DNA of 47,175 bases. It comes from an uncultured Ruminococcus sp. GTDB lineage: Bacteria > Bacillota > Clostridia > Oscillospirales > CAG-272. Below, one piece after another: positions 43,338 to 47,175 of this stretch. Below the pieces are notes generated by a model. The model did no database searches. It saw nothing but the letters and a program-made list of their open reading frames with translations, and was not told the DNA's origin. Within the stretch, counting starts at the first letter, position 1. Every line of letters begins with the position of its first letter. Both the position numbers and the translations under genes were made by a program. The stretch is taken from assembly GCA_964483225.1 (NCBI GenBank), contig CAZABU010000003.1, forward strand, positions 1 through 47,175. The letters are read 5' to 3'.

Positions 43338-44927
43338 TTATTCGGCCGCGCCCTCGGAAAGCCTTTTTGCCCTCTCGCTCTCGATATACTGCTTGGCCGA
43401 GGTCTCGGCAGCGGTAAGTCTTGCGTTGAAGTCGGCGGTGAGGGTGGCTATCTGGGTCTGCACCTCGGCCTTCAGGGCCTCGGCTCTTGCCTTCTCGTCC
43501 TCGCTCAGGTCGGCGTTTATTTTCTCAAGAACGGCGTCGGCCTTTTTCTGCGCCTCTGCAGCAAGCGCGATGACCTGCTCGTCGGTGGCGCCGTTTTCTA
43601 TAATGTCGGCGAGGCTCGCGTTCGTTGCCTGAAGGTCGTCAAGGCAGGTCTGGAACTCGGCCTTCGCATCTGCGGGGAGAAGGGGAAGAATGGTAGAGGA
43701 AACCGTGCTGACCGTGGTGATCACGCCCTGGATCGCTATCTTCAGAGCGTTAAGGTCTGTGGCGTAGGTATCGGAGGCTATGGCTACGAGCTCGGCGGCA
43801 TCCTTGCTATGTGCGAGGATCTCGCGCACCTCTGCCTTTACGCTTTCGGACAACTCGTTTTCGCTGATGAAGTCCTCGCAGAACTCAGTCACGCTGCCGA
43901 GGGTGATTTTGCCATCGCCGTCCTCGAGTACGGTAGTATCGTTGATACCGAGTGCTGTGGCAAGGGCGGTAACGTCGTCGGGGCTGAGCTCAAAGCTCGT
44001 GTACTTATCTGCGAAGCTCATTATCTCAAGCACCGCCAGGTAAGTCCTTGCGGAGGTCTTGTAGGCCTGGTAGGTCGCGCCGTAGTGAATGGTGTTTATG
44101 TAAGCGGGATTGGTGAATATCGCCGCCGCGCGCTCGGTGTATATCTTCGTGTAGATGCCGTCCAAAAGCACGCCCATCGAGCTTTCAAAGGTTGCGGTTG
44201 CGCGTGCCTTCGCCTCCAGGTACTCCTCGGTAGCGTAGGCCTCAAGGGTAGAGTGCGCCTTTCTTATCTCTGCGATCAGCGCCTCGTTGGACATCTCAGC
44301 CGCGGCCTCAACGGTTACGTTGCCGCCGTTCACAGCGGAGGCCACCAGCTTATATTTTTCGGGGGTAAGATTGTTTATCGCGGTATTTTCGGGGTAGAGT
44401 GCCTTGAGCTCCTCCAGCTCGCACAGGAGCGAGAACGCAGTCTCGGCATCAACGGTAACCGAAAGGCCGATGCTCTCCGCGGCGGAGACGATCTTCGCGT
44501 CGATCTTCGCCTTCAGCGCCTCTGCGGTGGCGGCATCCTTTGCCGCAACGGTGGTGGTAACGTCGCTGTTCTCCTCGGTCAGATACCCGAGCTCCTCGGC
44601 CAGCTTGGTTACGTAATCGACGGCGGTCTCAACGTCCTTTCCGACGATGTTGGCCTCCTCCTCGTAGAGAAGGACCTTTCCGTCCTCGTTGGCGCCGTAA
44701 ACGCTGACGACGGTGTTATCGTCGCTTACGGTAAGCTCGATAGAGGGGTTTATATCAACGCAAACGTAGCTTGCGGCGGCCTTTGCCTCGGGCTGAGTGC
44801 CGTCATCGGTTTCGGTATCCGTCTTATCGCCGTTACCTGCTTCGCCGAGACCGCTGCAGGCCACCATGGAAAAGCAAAGCAGAGCTACAAGCGTCAGGGA
44901 GATCAGCTTTTTCATTAAAGCAGTCAT
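43338..44927 (-). CDS. Ala/Glu-rich lipoprotein with an RsgI-middle-domain-like N-terminal module
   Basis: The lipobox is in MTALMKKLISLTLVALLCFSMVA|C. The block YVCVDINPSIELTVSDDNTVVSVYGANEDGKVLL resembles the (D/v)INPSvEl module of RsgI-type anti-sigma factors. The rest is long and helical. I chose the ATG at 44927, 8 nt after a GGAGG RBS. Confidence 0.55.
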   Translation of the reverse strand: MTALMKKLISLTLVALLCFSMVACSGLGEAGNGDKTDTETDDGTQPEAKAAASYVCVDINPSIELTVSDDNTVVSVYGANEDGKVLLYEEEANIVGKDVETAVDYVTKLAEELGYLTEENSDVTTTVAAKDAATAEALKAKIDAKIVSAAESIGLSVTVDAETAFSLLCELEELKALYPENTAINNLTPEKYKLVASAVNGGNVTVEAAAEMSNEALIAEIRKAHSTLEAYATEEYLEAKARATATFESSMGVLLDGIYTKIYTERAAAIFTNPAYINTIHYGATYQAYKTSARTYLAVLEIMSFADKYTSFELSPDDVTALATALGINDTTVLEDGDGKITLGSVTEFCEDFISENELSESVKAEVREILAHSKDAAELVAIASDTYATDLNALKIAIQGVITTVSTVSSTILPLLPADAKAEFQTCLDDLQATNASLADIIENGATDEQVIALAAEAQKKADAVLEKINADLSEDEKARAEALKAEVQTQIATLTADFNARLTAAETSAKQYIESERAKRLSEGAAE

Positions 44928-45000
44928 AAAAAGTTCCTCCTGTTTTCTCTTTTTTACGGTTGCCGCCGGCGGGTGGTTCGGGCGGCATTTCCTACCGTAA

Positions 45001-45029
45001 GTATAACATGGCACGGATTTTTTGTAAAG
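45001..45029 (-). promoter_or_regulatory. Sigma-A promoter (TTTACA-17-TGtTATACT) for the lipoprotein gene
   Basis: The minus strand reads TTTACA (45029-45024), a 17-nt spacer, then TATACT (45006-45001), with a TGt extension. Confidence 0.5.
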
Positions 45030-45214
45030 AAAAACCGGGTCAAATTAATAATTTTTAACCCGATTTTTTCCTATAAAAAATGTGCAGAATGTTAATTGAA
45101 AAACATTCGAAAAATATCTGCGAATTTGCTTAATGAAAGTTATAAAAACATTTGAAAATTATCTGCAGACGGGCAGGGAACCTAATGAAAATGCCCGGGA
45201 TTATTTCCTTGCCC

Positions 45215-46144
45215 TCAGGGCTCCACGTCCTTTATCTTCATTATATCGTAGGGTGTTGCCTGGTAAACGAAGTAGTTGAGCCAGTTGGTGAAGAGCAGGG
45301 TGGCATGGCCGCGCCACTTGATAAGCGGGGGCTTTGTGTCGTCGTCATTCGGGAAGTAGTTTTCGGGGATCTTCGGGTTGATGCCTGCGGCCTTGTCGCG
45401 GGTATATTCCTTGTTCAGGGTGTCAGCATCGTATTCCGAATGTCCGGTGACGAAGATCTGCCGGCCGTTTCTCGTCTTTACGGTGTAGACACCGGCCTTT
45501 TCCGAGGAGGCAAGTACGGTCAGCTCGGGGTGAGCCTCTATCTCCTCGCGGAGCACCGTGGTGTAGCGGGAGTGGGGCACGTAGAACTCGTCGTCAAAGC
45601 CGCGGAAGAGTATGGAGTTTTTGTAATCCACCCTGTGGGCGTAGACGCCGGAGAGCTTTTCATCAAGCGTATATTTCTTGACGCCGAAGTGGTAGTAGAG
45701 CCCCGCCTGGGCGCCCCAGCAGATGTGGAGAGTGCTCTGCACGTGAGTTTTCGACCACTCCATAATCTCGCACAGCTCCTGCCAGTAGTCCACCTCCTCG
45801 AACTCCATCTTCTCTACGGGAGCGCCGGTGATGATCATACCGTCGTAGTAGTTTTCCTTAACGTCGGAGAACTGCTTGTAGAATGCCAGAAGGTGCTCCT
45901 CCGAGGTGTTCTTTGACTTATGGCTCTCGGTGTTGATGAGCTCTATCTCCACCTGGAGAGGCGTGTTGCCGAGAAGTCGGGAGAGCTGTGTCTCGGTGTC
46001 GATCTTCGTGGGCATAAGGTTGAGTATCAGTATTTTCAGGGGTCTGATGTCCTGGGTTATAGCGCGCGTTTCGGTCATAACGAAGATATTCTCGTCCTCG
46101 AGAATCTTCACCGCCGGTAGCTCGCTCTGAAGCTTAATGGGCAT
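45215..46144 (-). CDS. metA: Homoserine O-acyltransferase (MetA family)
   Basis: The sequence [58 protein letters not shown] is the canonical MetA N terminus. The block HICWGAQAG contains the catalytic Cys context. Confidence 0.9.
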   Translation of the reverse strand: MPIKLQSELPAVKILEDENIFVMTETRAITQDIRPLKILILNLMPTKIDTETQLSRLLGNTPLQVEIELINTESHKSKNTSEEHLLAFYKQFSDVKENYYDGMIITGAPVEKMEFEEVDYWQELCEIMEWSKTHVQSTLHICWGAQAGLYYHFGVKKYTLDEKLSGVYAHRVDYKNSILFRGFDDEFYVPHSRYTTVLREEIEAHPELTVLASSEKAGVYTVKTRNGRQIFVTGHSEYDADTLNKEYTRDKAAGINPKIPENYFPNDDDTKPPLIKWRGHATLLFTNWLNYFVYQATPYDIMKIKDVEP

Positions 46145-46195
46145 AGCGTGTACCTCTGTTTTTCTTTATAGTAATGTCGGACTTTGCCGTGATTG

Positions 46196-47175
46196 TCAGT
46201 TTTCTACCGAGCGGAGCGCCTGGTCAAGGTCGGCGATAAGGTCCTCCGCGCTCTCAATACCGCAGGAATAACGGATAAGGTCGGGGGAAACGCCCGCAGC
46301 CTCAAGCTCCGCGTCGTTCATCTGCCTGTGAGTCGCGCTTGCGGGGTGGAGGCAGCAGGTGCGAGCGTCGGCAACGTGGGTTTCAATGGCGCCGAGCTTC
46401 ATATTCTTCATAAACTTCTCCGCGGCGGCTCTTCCGCCCTTAACGCCGAAGCTGACTACGCCGCAGGTGCCCTTCGGCATATATTTCTGCGCCAGGCCGT
46501 AGTACTTGTCGCCCTCAAGGGAGGGGTATTTTACCCAGGTAACGAGGGGGTGATTCTTCAAGAAGGTGGCAACCGCCAGGGCGTTTGCGCAATGGCGCTC
46601 CATACGGACATGCAGGCTCTCGAGGCCGAGGCCGAGCAGGAAGGCGCTCTGGGGCGACTGGGTGCAGCCGAAATCACGCATCAGCTGTGCGGTGGCCTTG
46701 GTGATATAGGCGCCGGCCTTGCCGAAGCGCTCGTAGTAATTAACGCCGTGGTAGCTCTCGTCGGGGGTGCAGAGGCAGTCAAACTTGCCGGACGCCGCCC
46801 AGTCAAACTTGCCCGAATCCACGATACAGCCGCCGACGGCACTGCCGTGACCGTCCATGTACTTGGTGGTGGAATGGGTGACGATATCCGCGCCCCACTC
46901 GAAGGGACGGCAGTTCACGGGGGTGGCAAAGGTGTTGTCAATGATAAGGGGTACGCCCGCCTCGTGGGCAACCTTTGCGAATTTCTCAATGTCAAGCACG
47001 TTAAGCGCGGGGTTTGCGATGGTCTCGCCGAATACCGCCTTGGTGTTCGGGCGGATAGCCGCGCGCAGCTCATCCTCGGTGCAATCGGGGGGAACGAAGG
47101 TGAATTCCACGCCCATTCTCTTCATCGTGACGGCAAAGAGGTTGTAGGAGCCGCCGTAGATGGTGCTGGAGGCTA
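46196..47175 (-). CDS. metY: O-acetylhomoserine sulfhydrylase / PLP-dependent Cys-Met enzyme (C-terminal ~326 aa; 5' end off the window)
   Basis: The frame stays open to the window edge (...ASSTIYGGSYNLFAVTMKRMGVEFTFV). The PLP-lysine context is HSTTKYMDGHG. The C-terminal block is IRYSCGIESAEDLIADLDQAL. Confidence 0.88.
   Translation of the reverse strand, partial: ASSTIYGGSYNLFAVTMKRMGVEFTFVPPDCTEDELRAAIRPNTKAVFGETIANPALNVLDIEKFAKVAHEAGVPLIIDNTFATPVNCRPFEWGADIVTHSTTKYMDGHGSAVGGCIVDSGKFDWAASGKFDCLCTPDESYHGVNYYERFGKAGAYITKATAQLMRDFGCTQSPQSAFLLGLGLESLHVRMERHCANALAVATFLKNHPLVTWVKYPSLEGDKYYGLAQKYMPKGTCGVVSFGVKGGRAAAEKFMKNMKLGAIETHVADARTCCLHPASATHRQMNDAELEAAGVSPDLIRYSCGIESAEDLIADLDQALRSVEN

Noticed and set aside
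43284-45916. Plus-strand ORFs 43284-44918 and 45152-45916 lie opposite the lipoprotein gene and metA.
   Set aside because: They show G/L/V-rich shadow composition. The minus strand encodes a lipobox protein and canonical MetA.
1-47175. I searched the whole window for mobile elements, prophage genes, CRISPR arrays, tRNA/rRNA genes and classical defence genes (restriction-modification, toxin-antitoxin, Cas, Abi-like).
   Set aside because: I saw none on either strand. There are no transposase, integrase or recombinase motifs, no cloverleaf-like GC-rich 75-nt islands in intergenic regions, and no regularly spaced direct repeats other than the coding 24-nt Gly-rich repeat.

Overview
This is a 47.2-kb chromosomal segment that looks like it comes from a moderately GC-rich, spore-forming member of the Clostridia. 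That assignment is an inference from spoIIE, strong G/C third-codon bias and gene content. I call about 35 protein genes and see no rRNA, tRNA, CRISPR array, transposase, integrase or phage gene by eye. Gene order along the window: (1) trpS, partial; (2) two tandem PHP-domain phosphoesterases; (3) a tight five-gene envelope operon of ABC ATPase, ABC-2 permease, two GldG-like auxiliary proteins and a 972-aa DUF4340-like protein; (4) two exported trigger-factor-like proteins flanking rnhA; (5) a zinc-ribbon/Sel1-repeat protein; (6) a 53-codon membrane ORF; (7) spoIIE; (8) an OmpR-type response regulator and histidine kinase, followed by a GNAT and an unusual 860-aa Tet(M)/EF-G-family GTPase fused to a Rae1/YacP-type NYN ribonuclease domain; (9) a DUF1538 membrane protein, tandem P-II-like protein and cardiolipin synthase operon; (10) a visibly lower-GC EamA transporter with a coupled upstream ORF; (11) an AraC regulator divergent from an RdhA/QueG-like Fe-S protein and a U32-like protein; (12) a GH115 plus uronate catabolism cluster (uxaC, SDR, uxuA, RraA-like) with a second AraC regulator; (13) a Gly/Arg-repeat TPM-like membrane protein; (14) an Ala-rich lipoprotein; (15) metA and metY (partial). 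Many intergenic regions carry near-consensus sigma-A promoters (TTGxxx-17/18-TATAAT, often with a TGn extension) and clean rho-independent terminators, which allows an operon map. The best candidates for undescribed biology are the GTPase-NYN fusion (possibly together with its upstream two-component/GNAT genes), the AraC-controlled RdhA/QueG-like plus U32-like Fe-S pair beside the glucuronoxylan/uronate genes, and the fused DUF1538 / tandem P-II / cls operon. All family assignments come from reading motifs by eye. No database search was run.
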